A stretch of DNA of 64,000 bases from positions 78,970 through 142,969 of the forward strand of contig JAMLHJ010000004.1 of NCBI GenBank assembly GCA_023957245.1, written 5' to 3'. A program made the position numbers and the translations under genes. The DNA is from Chitinophagales bacterium (GTDB lineage Bacteria > Bacteroidota > Bacteroidia > Chitinophagales > JADIYW01). Shown in pieces: positions 30,221 through 38,749 of the stretch; the first letter of the stretch is position 1, and each line of letters opens with the position of its first letter. The notes beneath the pieces were generated by a model. The model did not search any database, was not told where the DNA came from, and was given only the letters and a program-made list of their open reading frames with translations.

Positions 30221-30262
30221 ATGAACAGTGTTTTCTTTTATAGCTACTATTTTTATCTCTAA
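30221..30262 (+). CDS. candidate Phe/Tyr-rich leader peptide (MNSVFFYSYYFYL)
   Basis: 13 codons, 7 of them Phe or Tyr (TTC TTT TAT AGC TAC TAT TTT TAT). It lies 46 nt upstream of a strong terminator and 84 nt upstream of pheA. Confidence 0.6.
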   Translation: MNSVFFYSYYFYL

Positions 30263-30307
30263 CCAAGGGACTGAATAAGCTATGAAAAAAATTATAGAAT
30301 AATTAAG

Positions 30308-30336
30308 GTCCCGAAATATTTCGGGACTTTTTTTTT
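30308..30336 (+). terminator. attenuator terminator in the pheA leader
   Basis: Perfect palindrome GTCCCGAAAT/ATTTCGGGAC followed by T9, ending 10 nt before the pheA ATG. An upstream GGGAC (30267-30271) could compete for the GTCCC arm. Confidence 0.65.
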
Positions 30337-30345
30337 GAATAGAGT

Positions 30346-31188
30346 ATGAGTATAAAAATTGCGATACAAGGTTTTAAGGCATCATTCCATGAGATTGCTG
30401 CATATAAGTATTTTGGAAAGGATATTGATACGATAGAATGTGAGACTTTTCAGGCACTCTTTGATTCAATGGAAGAAGGTGGTGCAGCTGATTATGCAGT
30501 GATGGCAATAGAAAATTCTGTTGCAGGTTCTATCTTACCTAATTATGCACGATTGAGAGATGCAGATTTAGAGATTTTCGGTGAAGTCTATTTGAGAATC
30601 GAAATGAATCTAATGGCACTTCATGGAGAAACAATTGAAACATTGACTGAAGTTCATTCCCATCCAATGGCATTATTACAATGTCAACAATTTTTTAGAC
30701 AATATCCTCATATCAGATTAATTGAGTCTAAGGACACAGCATTAAGTGCAATTGAGATTGTTGAACATCATATCAAAGGAAGAGGTGCTATTGGAAGTAA
30801 GTTGATTGCTGATACATTCGATTTGAATTTAATTGCTGAAGGAATAGAAACCAATAAAAGAAATTTTACTCGCTTTTTGATTTTGAAACGTATTGGAGCA
30901 GAAGCACCTTGCCAGTTGGAAGAGCCCAATAAATCTTCATTGTCTTTCAGGGCATTACATAGACCTGGTAGTCTTTCTGCTGCTTTATCTGCTATGGCAA
31001 TGTTTGGAATGAATTTGACAAAAATTCAATCTCTTCCTGTATTGGGAGAAGAATGGCAATACTATATGTATGCAGATTTAGAATTTAATGATTTTGGAAG
31101 CTACAAGGAGATGTTGGAAGTATTGCATCCATTGACAAAAGATTTAAAAATATTAGGAGAATATAAACAAGGACAAAAAATTTTATGA
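30346..31188 (+). CDS. pheA: prephenate dehydratase
   Basis: 280 aa with a PDT domain (AIENSVAGSI) plus a C-terminal ACT domain (NKSSLSFRALHRPGSL...ESRP-like). Confidence 0.9.
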   Translation: MSIKIAIQGFKASFHEIAAYKYFGKDIDTIECETFQALFDSMEEGGAADYAVMAIENSVAGSILPNYARLRDADLEIFGEVYLRIEMNLMALHGETIETLTEVHSHPMALLQCQQFFRQYPHIRLIESKDTALSAIEIVEHHIKGRGAIGSKLIADTFDLNLIAEGIETNKRNFTRFLILKRIGAEAPCQLEEPNKSSLSFRALHRPGSLSAALSAMAMFGMNLTKIQSLPVLGEEWQYYMYADLEFNDFGSYKEMLEVLHPLTKDLKILGEYKQGQKIL

Positions 31189-32351
31189 TTATCCAGCCAT
31201 CTAAGAAATTAGATTTTATTCAAGAATATTATTTCTCAAGAAAATTGAGAGAGATTGCTGAGATGGTAGCAGCAGGTAAACCTATTATTAATTTAGGAAT
31301 AGGTAATCCAGACCAGGCTCCAGGGCAAGAAGTGATAACAGCATTGCATAATTCTGCTGCTAATGTTAAAAATCATGGTTATCAGAGTTATATAGGCATT
31401 CCTGCATTGAGAAAAGCAATGGCTGAATGGTATTTACATACTTATCAAGTGACATTAGATTTTAATTCTGAAATTTTGCCTTTATTGGGTTCAAAAGAGG
31501 GAATTTCTCATATCAATCAAGCATTTCTTAATCCAGGTGATAAAGTATTGATTCCCAATCCTGGATATCCTACTTATGCTTCGGCAGCACGTTTGGCAGG
31601 TGCGATTCCTATAAGTTATGATTTGGATGAAAATAACGATTGGGCACCAGATTGGAGTTCGGTTTCAGAGGAGGATTTGAACGAAGCCAAAATCTTATGG
31701 ATTAACTACCCACACATGCCTACAGGAGCTGCAGGAAATGAAGAGATATTTAAAGAAGTATTGGCTAAAGCATTGAAGTACAAATTTTTAGTAGTTAATG
31801 ATAATCCTTATAGCTTAGTTTTGCCGAAAGGAAGACCTGTATCTTTTCTACAAATAGAAGGTGCTAAAGAGGTAGTGATAGAGTTAAATTCTTTATCAAA
31901 ATCACATAACCTTGCAGGGGCAAGAGTGGGTATGGTTGTTGGTGCGAAAGAGTACATTCAGAATATTTTGAAAGTTAAATCAAATATGGACTCAGGGATG
32001 TATCTTCCAGTACAAGAAGCTGCCGTTGCTGCATTGGCGTTGCCAGATGAATGGCATGAAGAAAGGAATAAAGTTTATGCTTCAAGATTAGAATTGGCAA
32101 AGCAAATTATGGATGCCATGAATTGTACTTATCAAGATAATCAAGTAGGTATGTTTTTTTGGGCAAAAATTCCCAATACTTATCAGCATGTCGAAGAATT
32201 GACAGAAAGAGTACTTCATGAAGCCAATGTATTTTTAACTCCTGGATTTATTTTTGGCAGTAAAGGAGAACGATTTGTACGTATTTCATTGTGTTGCAAT
32301 AATGAAATGTTACTCGAAGCATTGAATCGTATTAAAGCATTAAATCTATGA
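31185..32351 (+). CDS. class I/II pyridoxal-phosphate aminotransferase (aromatic/prephenate aminotransferase candidate)
   Basis: 388 aa with a PLP-lysine region (SLSKSHNLAGARVG). The ATGA overlap with pheA and its position between pheA and tyrA support the assignment. Confidence 0.85.
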   Translation: MIIQPSKKLDFIQEYYFSRKLREIAEMVAAGKPIINLGIGNPDQAPGQEVITALHNSAANVKNHGYQSYIGIPALRKAMAEWYLHTYQVTLDFNSEILPLLGSKEGISHINQAFLNPGDKVLIPNPGYPTYASAARLAGAIPISYDLDENNDWAPDWSSVSEEDLNEAKILWINYPHMPTGAAGNEEIFKEVLAKALKYKFLVVNDNPYSLVLPKGRPVSFLQIEGAKEVVIELNSLSKSHNLAGARVGMVVGAKEYIQNILKVKSNMDSGMYLPVQEAAVAALALPDEWHEERNKVYASRLELAKQIMDAMNCTYQDNQVGMFFWAKIPNTYQHVEELTERVLHEANVFLTPGFIFGSKGERFVRISLCCNNEMLLEALNRIKALNL

Positions 32352-33193
32352 AAAGAGTAGCCATACTGGGGATGGGATTGATAGGAGGATCTGTCGGTAT
32401 AGATTTAAAAAAGCGAGGATTTGCCTCTGAGATAATAGGTGTTGGACGCTCTCAAGCTAATATTGACAGAGCATTGGAATTGGGATTGGCAGATAAAATG
32501 CTTTCAAAGGAAGAAGCTGTTAAGAATGCTGATGTGATTATTTTGGCTGTGCCAGTAAATATTTTGATTGAAGAATTGAAATATGTATTAGATACAATGC
32601 GTCCAGATGCAGTAGTTACTGATATGGGTTCTACTAAGAGTAAAATGGTAGATGCTGTAAAAAGTCACCCTTTGCGCAAGCGTTATGTTGCTAGTCACCC
32701 GATGGCAGGTACAGAGTTTTCTGGTCCGAATGCAGCGTTTTCTGGTCTGTTTGATGGTAAGGTGGCTATTATTTGTGACAAAAAGAATTCAGATGAAGAT
32801 GCTGTAGAGTTGATAGAAGAAATGTATCGTGTGCTTGGAATGAAGCTTTTATATATGGATGCTGTAGCTCATGACCTACATGCTGCTTATGTATCACATG
32901 TGTCACATATTACAAGTTTTGTTTTGGGAGCAACAGTATTGGAAAAGGAGAAAAGTGAAAAAGCTATTTTGACAATGGCAGGTGGTGGATTTGAATCTAC
33001 TGTCCGTTTGGCAAAAAGCTCACCAGAAATGTGGTCGCAGATTTTTGAACAGAATGGACAGAATATTGTAGAAGTTTTGGATACTTATATTGATAAGATT
33101 ACTACGTTCAGAGATAAGATTAAAGAAGGCGATTATGAATATTTGAAACAATTCATGGGTGCCGCAAATGATATAAAAAGAATTTTAAAATAG
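32348..33193 (+). CDS. tyrA: prephenate dehydrogenase
   Basis: 281 aa with an N-terminal Rossmann GMGLIGGS and the HPMAG motif. ATGA overlap with the upstream gene. Confidence 0.85.
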   Translation: MKRVAILGMGLIGGSVGIDLKKRGFASEIIGVGRSQANIDRALELGLADKMLSKEEAVKNADVIILAVPVNILIEELKYVLDTMRPDAVVTDMGSTKSKMVDAVKSHPLRKRYVASHPMAGTEFSGPNAAFSGLFDGKVAIICDKKNSDEDAVELIEEMYRVLGMKLLYMDAVAHDLHAAYVSHVSHITSFVLGATVLEKEKSEKAILTMAGGGFESTVRLAKSSPEMWSQIFEQNGQNIVEVLDTYIDKITTFRDKIKEGDYEYLKQFMGAANDIKRILK

Positions 33194-33210
33194 ATAAATT
33201 AGCAAAAATT

Positions 33211-34287
33211 ATGGGAGACTTAAATATTGCCCCTCTTTCTTCATGGGGTTTACCAGACAAAAGGCCATTGATTATTTCTGGGCCATGTAGTGCAGAATCA
33301 GAAGAGCAAGTGATTGAAACTGCAAAAAGATTAGCAGATAAAGGTATTGATGTATTAAGAGCAGGAATCTGGAAACCTAGGACTCGTCCTGGTTCTTTTG
33401 AAGGATTGGGTAAGATTGCTTTGCCTTGGTTGAAAAAAGCAGGTGAAATCATCGGAAAGCCAATTGCTGTTGAAGTAGCTACTAGAGAACATGTATTTGA
33501 CTGTCTAAAAGCAGGAGTAGATATTTTGTGGATAGGTGCTCGTACAACTGCCAATCCTTTTTCAGTGCAAGAAATTGCTGATGCTCTAGAAGGAGTCGAT
33601 ATTCCAGTGATTGTAAAAAATCCTGTGAATCCAGATTTGCAATTGTGGATAGGAGCATTGGAGCGTATCAATAGAGCGGGTATTACTAAAATTGGAGCTT
33701 TGCACAGAGGGTTTTCTTCTTATGATAAATCTAAGTACAGAAACAAACCAATGTGGGAATTTCCTATCGAATTGAAAAGATTGTATCCTACTCTTCCATT
33801 GTTCAATGACCCTAGTCATATCTGTGGCAATAGAGAACACTTGGCTTCAGTAGCTCAAAAAGCATTGGATTTGGACTTTGATGGATTGATGTTGGAATCT
33901 CATAGAGATCCTGATAATGCCTGGTCAGATGCTTCTCAACAAGTGACTCCAGAGCGTTTGGGCGAAATTGTCAATGGATTAGTGATTAGAAATGCAGATC
34001 CAAATATTGTAGCTAATAAATTGGATGAATTGAGATCTCAAATAGACAGAATAGATAATTATATTTTAGAGATTTTGGCTGACCGTATGGATGTGGTTGA
34101 AAAAATCGGTGAGTTTAAAAGAGATAATAAAATCACTATCCTTCAATCTGGAAGATGGGATGAAATTGTTCATGATAGAGTTCAAAAAGGATTGAATAAA
34201 GGTCTGACAGAAGACTTTATTAAAGAATTGTTTGAAGCTGTCCACCAAGAATCTATTAGACATCAGACTAAAGTGATGAATGCATAG
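33211..34287 (+). CDS. bifunctional 3-deoxy-7-phosphoheptulonate (DAHP) synthase / chorismate mutase type II
   Basis: 358 aa. The N-terminal ~265 aa form a DAHP/KDO8P-synthase-type barrel (GPCSAES, KPRTRPGSFEG, DPSH). The C-terminal ~90 aa form a CM_2 helix bundle (LRSQIDRIDNYILEILADRM). Confidence 0.9.
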   Translation: MGDLNIAPLSSWGLPDKRPLIISGPCSAESEEQVIETAKRLADKGIDVLRAGIWKPRTRPGSFEGLGKIALPWLKKAGEIIGKPIAVEVATREHVFDCLKAGVDILWIGARTTANPFSVQEIADALEGVDIPVIVKNPVNPDLQLWIGALERINRAGITKIGALHRGFSSYDKSKYRNKPMWEFPIELKRLYPTLPLFNDPSHICGNREHLASVAQKALDLDFDGLMLESHRDPDNAWSDASQQVTPERLGEIVNGLVIRNADPNIVANKLDELRSQIDRIDNYILEILADRMDVVEKIGEFKRDNKITILQSGRWDEIVHDRVQKGLNKGLTEDFIKELFEAVHQESIRHQTKVMNA

Positions 34288-34328
34288 TATATAACAAAAC
34301 ATTTCAAGAATAATTGTTTTTTATTAAG

Positions 34329-34359
34329 AGTCTTTGAGTAAATCTCAAAGACTTTTTTA
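34329..34359 (+). terminator. intrinsic terminator after the aromatic operon
   Basis: AGTCTTTGAG / CTCAAAGACT stem, followed by TTTTTT. Confidence 0.7.
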
Positions 34360-34454
34360 TTTTTGCAGGAGTCTTCCAGATAGGAATTTTGATTTTTAGA
34401 TATATTTTAATTTTCAATGTTCATAATTTCAAATCTGTTTTTCATTTTTGAAAT

Positions 34455-34526
34455 GGCCTCATAGTTCAATGGATAGAACGGAAGTTTCCTAAACTTTAAA
34501 TGTAGGTTCGATTCCTACTGGGGCCA
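34455..34526 (+). tRNA. tRNA-Arg (anticodon CCT)
   Basis: Folded by hand. Acceptor GGCCTCA/TGGGGCC, D arm GTTC-AATGGATA-GAAC, anticodon arm GAAGT-TTCCTAA-ACTTT (CCT at 34488-34490), T arm GTAGG-TTCGATT-CCTAC, discriminator A. No encoded CCA. Confidence 0.9.
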
Positions 34527-34843
34527 CAATAATAAATTACAATTTATTGATTGTTAGCAAGTTGATGCATTTCATTGTAATTCATATTTCTTTATAATGT
34601 AATATAATAAAGCGTATTAAAGCACATTGAAGTAGTTTTGGAATAAAACGCAAAATATATTTTCTAAGAAAGATTTTTAAAAAAGACTAAAAGAGGTGCC
34701 TTAGTGTCTTATTCAAACCACAAGCTCAATAGCCGTGGGGCTATGGCAACTATTATTTTAGCGGTAATTCATAGTGATTCATCACAATAAAAAAAGACCC
34801 TGCAAGCGCAGAGGCTTGGCTTTACTATAATAGTGTTGAATTA

Positions 34844-35239
34844 TTAAAGTTCTATAGCCAATAGTTCTTTTCCTAATTTATGCAACCCTTGTTCTATCTT
34901 TCTTTTCGTCTCCGGTCTGGGTTTTTTCAATCCTGTTGAGTATTGATGAATTTGTTTTTGATTGATACCTGTTAGTCGTTCTATTGCTGGATTTGACAAT
35001 ACGCCCTTAAAGTAATTGAGTAGGCTTTCTGTGTCAAATTGATAGACAAGTTCATAATCTCCTTTCAATTCATTTGGAATTTGATTTTCGTTAAATGTCT
35101 TTACGGTCTCTATTGCATCCAAAATAGATTGTTTGCATTCATTAACTGTATCTCCTGCACCGTAAATGCCGTTGATGTTTTCTGCATAAGCTCCGTATGA
35201 ATCGGAGCTTCTTTCAATGATGATTTTAATTGTATTCAT
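34844..35239 (-). CDS. hicB: HicB-family antitoxin (N-terminal HicB fold + C-terminal HTH)
   Basis: 131 aa. The N-terminus is typical of HicB-like antitoxins (IIIERSSDSYGAYAENINGIYGAGDTVNEC). The C-terminus has an Xre-like HTH (LTGINQKQIHQYSTG). It lies 24 nt downstream of a hicA-like ORF. Confidence 0.7.
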   Translation of the reverse strand: MNTIKIIIERSSDSYGAYAENINGIYGAGDTVNECKQSILDAIETVKTFNENQIPNELKGDYELVYQFDTESLLNYFKGVLSNPAIERLTGINQKQIHQYSTGLKKPRPETKRKIEQGLHKLGKELLAIEL

Positions 35240-35263
35240 AATGCTTTTTTTTAAAAGGACGTT

Positions 35264-35443
35264 TTAAAGCCCCATTTCTTTTTTCAAACTTCTTTCTAAT
35301 CCTTTTGGCATTTCTTTTGAACCGTGGTTGGGAACAGCTACTGTTTTACCGTCCTTTTCCCATATCTCATGACTTCCTTTTCCCTGTCTTAATAAACTCC
35401 ATTTGTTTTTTCTGACTAATTTTAAAAATTCACTGTATTTCGT
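35264..35443 (-). CDS. hicA: HicA-family mRNA-interferase toxin lacking a canonical start codon
   Basis: Hand translation gives (T)KYSEFLKLVRKNKWSLLRQGKGSHEIWEKDGKTVAVPNHGSKEMPKGLERSLKKEMGL*. It is HicA-like, including the GSH motif. The codon where Met is expected is ACG, and upstream in frame are ATT, AGT, CAT and then TAG. It is below the 60-aa track cutoff. Confidence 0.6.
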   Translation of the reverse strand, partial: TKYSEFLKLVRKNKWSLLRQGKGSHEIWEKDGKTVAVPNHGSKEMPKGLERSLKKEMGL

Positions 35444-35812
35444 AATACTATGCTAAAATAATTCAACAACTCAAAGGTATATATTTATATATCACCATCC
35501 AAATTTAAAAACGACTATTTTAAATTTTACTTATATTATAAATATGTCAGAAGGTCAACTATAAACCACTTTCTTTCAATATGTATGGAAGTCTATCCAC
35601 AGTTAAGGAGATGCATGTGGACAGTACCCAACGGTGGTTATAGGGACAAGCTTGATGCTATAAGGTTACAGACAATAGGAGTGGTTGCAAGCGTGTGGGA
35701 CAGCTACTATTAATGGAAGTAATATTTACATTTCTATTAAGTTATAAAAAGTGTCTCTAAATAATTCAAACAAATATATTATATCCGAACTTGTTAAATA
35801 AACTTTCTTATT

Positions 35813-36451
35813 CTACTTTAGTCTTAAAAGTATTTCTCTATCTCTAAATCCATTATTTTTTACAAATTTCTTAAATTGCTTTTTGCTTGGTGTGAATTCG
35901 TAAATCTGTGCTTTTTCAGTCGGTGAATCTGTAATTTCTCTTAAATGTTCAATATCAAGTTGTGTTGAGATAGAGCTCAATATTAATTTTTCTCTAGTCA
36001 ATTGAATTTTTTTTACTATCCAACTTGATTGTTTATATCGTGTACTCAAAAAATAATAGCCTTTAAACTCTCTAGCAATATTATCCGAGCTCATTAGAAA
36101 CAAAGTGTCAATTTTATGAACGTGTGTAATTAGGCTATCTCCATCTCGTGTGATTAAAGATTTTTCATTTGAAATTGGATTTATAATTGTATCCCCAGAG
36201 GGTTGAGATGCGCTATCTAGTTGATTGGAATGGGTTTCTGTGTCATAATCATAAATTCGCCTGATCATTTGATCACTTATTTCAAGAGTTGAATTATCAT
36301 CAAGACTTAAATATTGCCCTTGTAATCGCTTCGGAAATTCTGATAAATTGTCTGTTTCAGTGGGTTGTGGTTCGCTGAAAGTGACACTCGGAGTGCAAGC
36401 ATAAAAGCTTATCAAAAAAATAGGAACCAAAAGAGATTTCATTCGTTTCAT
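35813..36451 (-). CDS. hypothetical lipoprotein
   Basis: The track ORF starts at 36496; the internal Met16 (36451) gives MKRMKSLLVPIFLISFYAC, a signal peptide plus lipobox. No recognisable domain. Confidence 0.5.
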   Translation of the reverse strand: MKRMKSLLVPIFLISFYACTPSVTFSEPQPTETDNLSEFPKRLQGQYLSLDDNSTLEISDQMIRRIYDYDTETHSNQLDSASQPSGDTIINPISNEKSLITRDGDSLITHVHKIDTLFLMSSDNIAREFKGYYFLSTRYKQSSWIVKKIQLTREKLILSSISTQLDIEHLREITDSPTEKAQIYEFTPSKKQFKKFVKNNGFRDREILLRLK

Positions 36452-36528
36452 AGTGTGGTTTTTTTGAATGTTGTCTATATTGGCGTATAACGTCAATCAA
36501 TTGTTGATATTGAGGAGAGATTTTTTAT

Positions 36529-37086
36529 TTATCTTTTATTAACAACTTCTTCCAATATCATCTTACAAATACTTTGCGCATATTCTTGTTTCATATAAAA
36601 ATCATGTTGCTCCTCTTTGAAGATAATTGGGGCGATATGTTGCTGTTCAAACCATTTTTTCTCAGGTTGAAATATATCTTCTTTACCATAGAATAAATAG
36701 ATTTTAGCATTAGGTTTTAGTGTTTCATTCCTTAATCTTGTAGATGAAATGGCAAATAAACTAGGTGAGTTTTGATTCTTTAGCAAAGATTGCCAAGCGA
36801 TTGTTCCTCCAATGCTGAAAGCTAATATAGCATCAACTTTCAATGGTGCTTGTGATAATTTGTTGACTGCATTGAAAATTCCTACTTCAACAAAATACCG
36901 ATGAATATCTTTTTCGTCTTTAAATTCATTAGGGACTTTTGCCAATACTTGGCTATCGAGTTCAATGATATCAAATTTTTCCTTCAGTACTGAGGTGTAA
37001 TATTGCCACCAAGTTGAAGATTCTATTCCCCATAAATCTGAAATTATTAATAAACTAGGTTGGGGAATTTTATTGCTAGAAATCAT
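36529..37086 (-). CDS. small alpha/beta-hydrolase-fold protein (function unknown)
   Basis: 185 aa with a nucleophile-elbow-like AFSIGG and a short serine-hydrolase-like architecture. Weak call. Confidence 0.45.
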   Translation of the reverse strand: MISSNKIPQPSLLIISDLWGIESSTWWQYYTSVLKEKFDIIELDSQVLAKVPNEFKDEKDIHRYFVEVGIFNAVNKLSQAPLKVDAILAFSIGGTIAWQSLLKNQNSPSLFAISSTRLRNETLKPNAKIYLFYGKEDIFQPEKKWFEQQHIAPIIFKEEQHDFYMKQEYAQSICKMILEEVVNKR

Positions 37087-37205
37087 TGCAAAATGAAAAA
37101 TATCTTTAAAAATACTGAATTGCTGTCATTTGAAAGTCATTATAATCTTAAAAAGTTGACATTAGTTGATTGAGTTTTTAATTTTAAGTTATAAAATATT
37201 TGATA

Positions 37206-37631
37206 ATGACAAGTTCAAAAATAGTTAGAACTTATATTGTATTAATGAGTGCATTTTTCTTATTCACCACTTCTGTATTTGCCGAAGGAATAAATTTTGA
37301 AAATATTACTTTTAAAAAAGCATTGGAGAAGGCAAAAGCTGAGAATAAATTGGTGTTTGTAAATGTTTATGCAGTATGGTGTGGACCATGCAAATTGTTG
37401 AAAAAGACTACTTTTCAATCTGATAAAGTGGCTGCGGCTATTAATAATAGCTTTGTGAATTTGGATATTGATGCAGAAAAAGGAGAAGGTATTGAGTTTT
37501 CTAAAACTTATAACGTCAAAGCTCACCCCTTGATTTTGATTATCCGACCTGATGGGAAAGTGGAAAAAAGAATATTAGGTTATATGAAAGACAATCAACT
37601 TCTTTCAGAGCTAAAAGGACTTCTTAAATAA
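37206..37631 (+). CDS. secreted thioredoxin-family protein
   Basis: The track ORF starts at TTG 37200; the ATG at 37206 is preferred. It has a signal peptide and the WCGPC active site. Confidence 0.75.
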   Translation: MTSSKIVRTYIVLMSAFFLFTTSVFAEGINFENITFKKALEKAKAENKLVFVNVYAVWCGPCKLLKKTTFQSDKVAAAINNSFVNLDIDAEKGEGIEFSKTYNVKAHPLILIIRPDGKVEKRILGYMKDNQLLSELKGLLK

Positions 37632-37656
37632 TTGAGTTTCAATAAGTATTTGGTTG

Positions 37657-37685
37657 AGGTGTGCTTGGTTGAGCACACCTTTTTG
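37657..37685. terminator. intrinsic terminator between the convergent thioredoxin and terC genes
   Basis: AGGTGTGCT / AGCACACCT stem, followed by TTTT. Confidence 0.7.
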
Positions 37686-37692
37686 CTTTTCC

Positions 37693-38709
37693 TTACTGAA
37701 TTGCTTTATGTTTTTTATTGGAAATAATAGAAGCTGTAACTGAAATTAATAGGACAGAACCGATAAACATCAATGAGTGTGTTGAATCCATGTGATAAAA
37801 TGGCATAATCAACATTTTCACTCCTATGAATCCCAGAATAACAGCCAGACCATAGTGCAATTTGTTGAACAAATCCATAGAGTTTGCTAGTAAAAAGTAT
37901 AAAGTTCTAAGACCAAGAATAGCAAAGATATTTGAGGTATATAAGATAAAAGGATCGTCAGGAGCTATAGCAAAAATTGCTGGAATACTATCTACTGCAA
38001 AAACCAAATCTGTCAATTCTATTACAATTAATGCTGCGAATAATGGCGTTGCCATTTTTATTCCATTTTGAATAGTGAAAAATTTCCCTCCATTCATCTG
38101 ATTACTGACTTTGAAAAGTTTATATACTATACGTACTGCAATATTTTTGGACATATCTTTATTTTCCTCACCGTCATCATGGCTTCCCCAGGATTTAATA
38201 CCAGCAAAGATTAAGAATACACCGAAAACAGTCAATACAACATTGATTTGTCTTACTGCTCCCTCTGCATCCAATCCTAAGAATGGCGCATCAACGTAGG
38301 TGTGTTTGATAATTTCAACTCCAGCAAAAATGAATATGGCTCTAAAGACAATTGCTCCCAAAACACCCCAGAATAATATCCTATGTTGATGTTGTTTAGG
38401 TATTTTAAAAAACCTAAATACTAAAATGAAAACAAATAAATTATCTACTGAAAGTGCTTTTTCTATCCAATAAGCTGCTTGGAAACGTGAAAAATTATCT
38501 ATGGTTCCTGCAGGTTTATCTATTGCGAAATAGATAACTAAGCTAAATATCATAGCTAGACTTATCCATATTACAGACCATGTTAAAGCTTCTTTGTTGG
38601 TGATCTCATGGCTTTTTTTGTTGAGAATACCCAAGTCTAAAAGTAGCATGATGATAATGGTGATTGAGAATCCTATAAGAATTCCAGGGTGATTAAAAAG
38701 ATGATCCAT
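37693..38709 (-). CDS. TerC/Alx-family integral membrane protein
   Basis: 338 aa, multi-TM, with TerC-family motifs (EKALSVDNLFVF, ELTDLVFAVDSIPA). Confidence 0.85.
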   Translation of the reverse strand: MDHLFNHPGILIGFSITIIIMLLLDLGILNKKSHEITNKEALTWSVIWISLAMIFSLVIYFAIDKPAGTIDNFSRFQAAYWIEKALSVDNLFVFILVFRFFKIPKQHQHRILFWGVLGAIVFRAIFIFAGVEIIKHTYVDAPFLGLDAEGAVRQINVVLTVFGVFLIFAGIKSWGSHDDGEENKDMSKNIAVRIVYKLFKVSNQMNGGKFFTIQNGIKMATPLFAALIVIELTDLVFAVDSIPAIFAIAPDDPFILYTSNIFAILGLRTLYFLLANSMDLFNKLHYGLAVILGFIGVKMLIMPFYHMDSTHSLMFIGSVLLISVTASIISNKKHKAIQ

Positions 38710-38749
38710 ATAAATGTGTCTATTCTATTTTTTTATTGAGGATGTAAAT

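Noticed and set aside
33153-33840. 172-aa and 84-aa minus-strand ORFs across the tyrA / DAHP-synthase junction.
   Set aside because: They are antisense to two well-supported, tightly packed operon genes.
34527-37086. A genomic island integrated at tRNA-Arg.
   Set aside because: There is no integrase, and I could not find by eye a direct repeat of the tRNA 3' end downstream. Only hicAB and two small hypothetical genes are present. At most this is an old remnant.
38710-38749. A yybP-ykoY (Mn) riboswitch upstream of the TerC-family gene.
   Set aside because: Only 40 nt separate terC from the upstream ald stop, which is too short for the riboswitch. The genes are probably co-transcribed.
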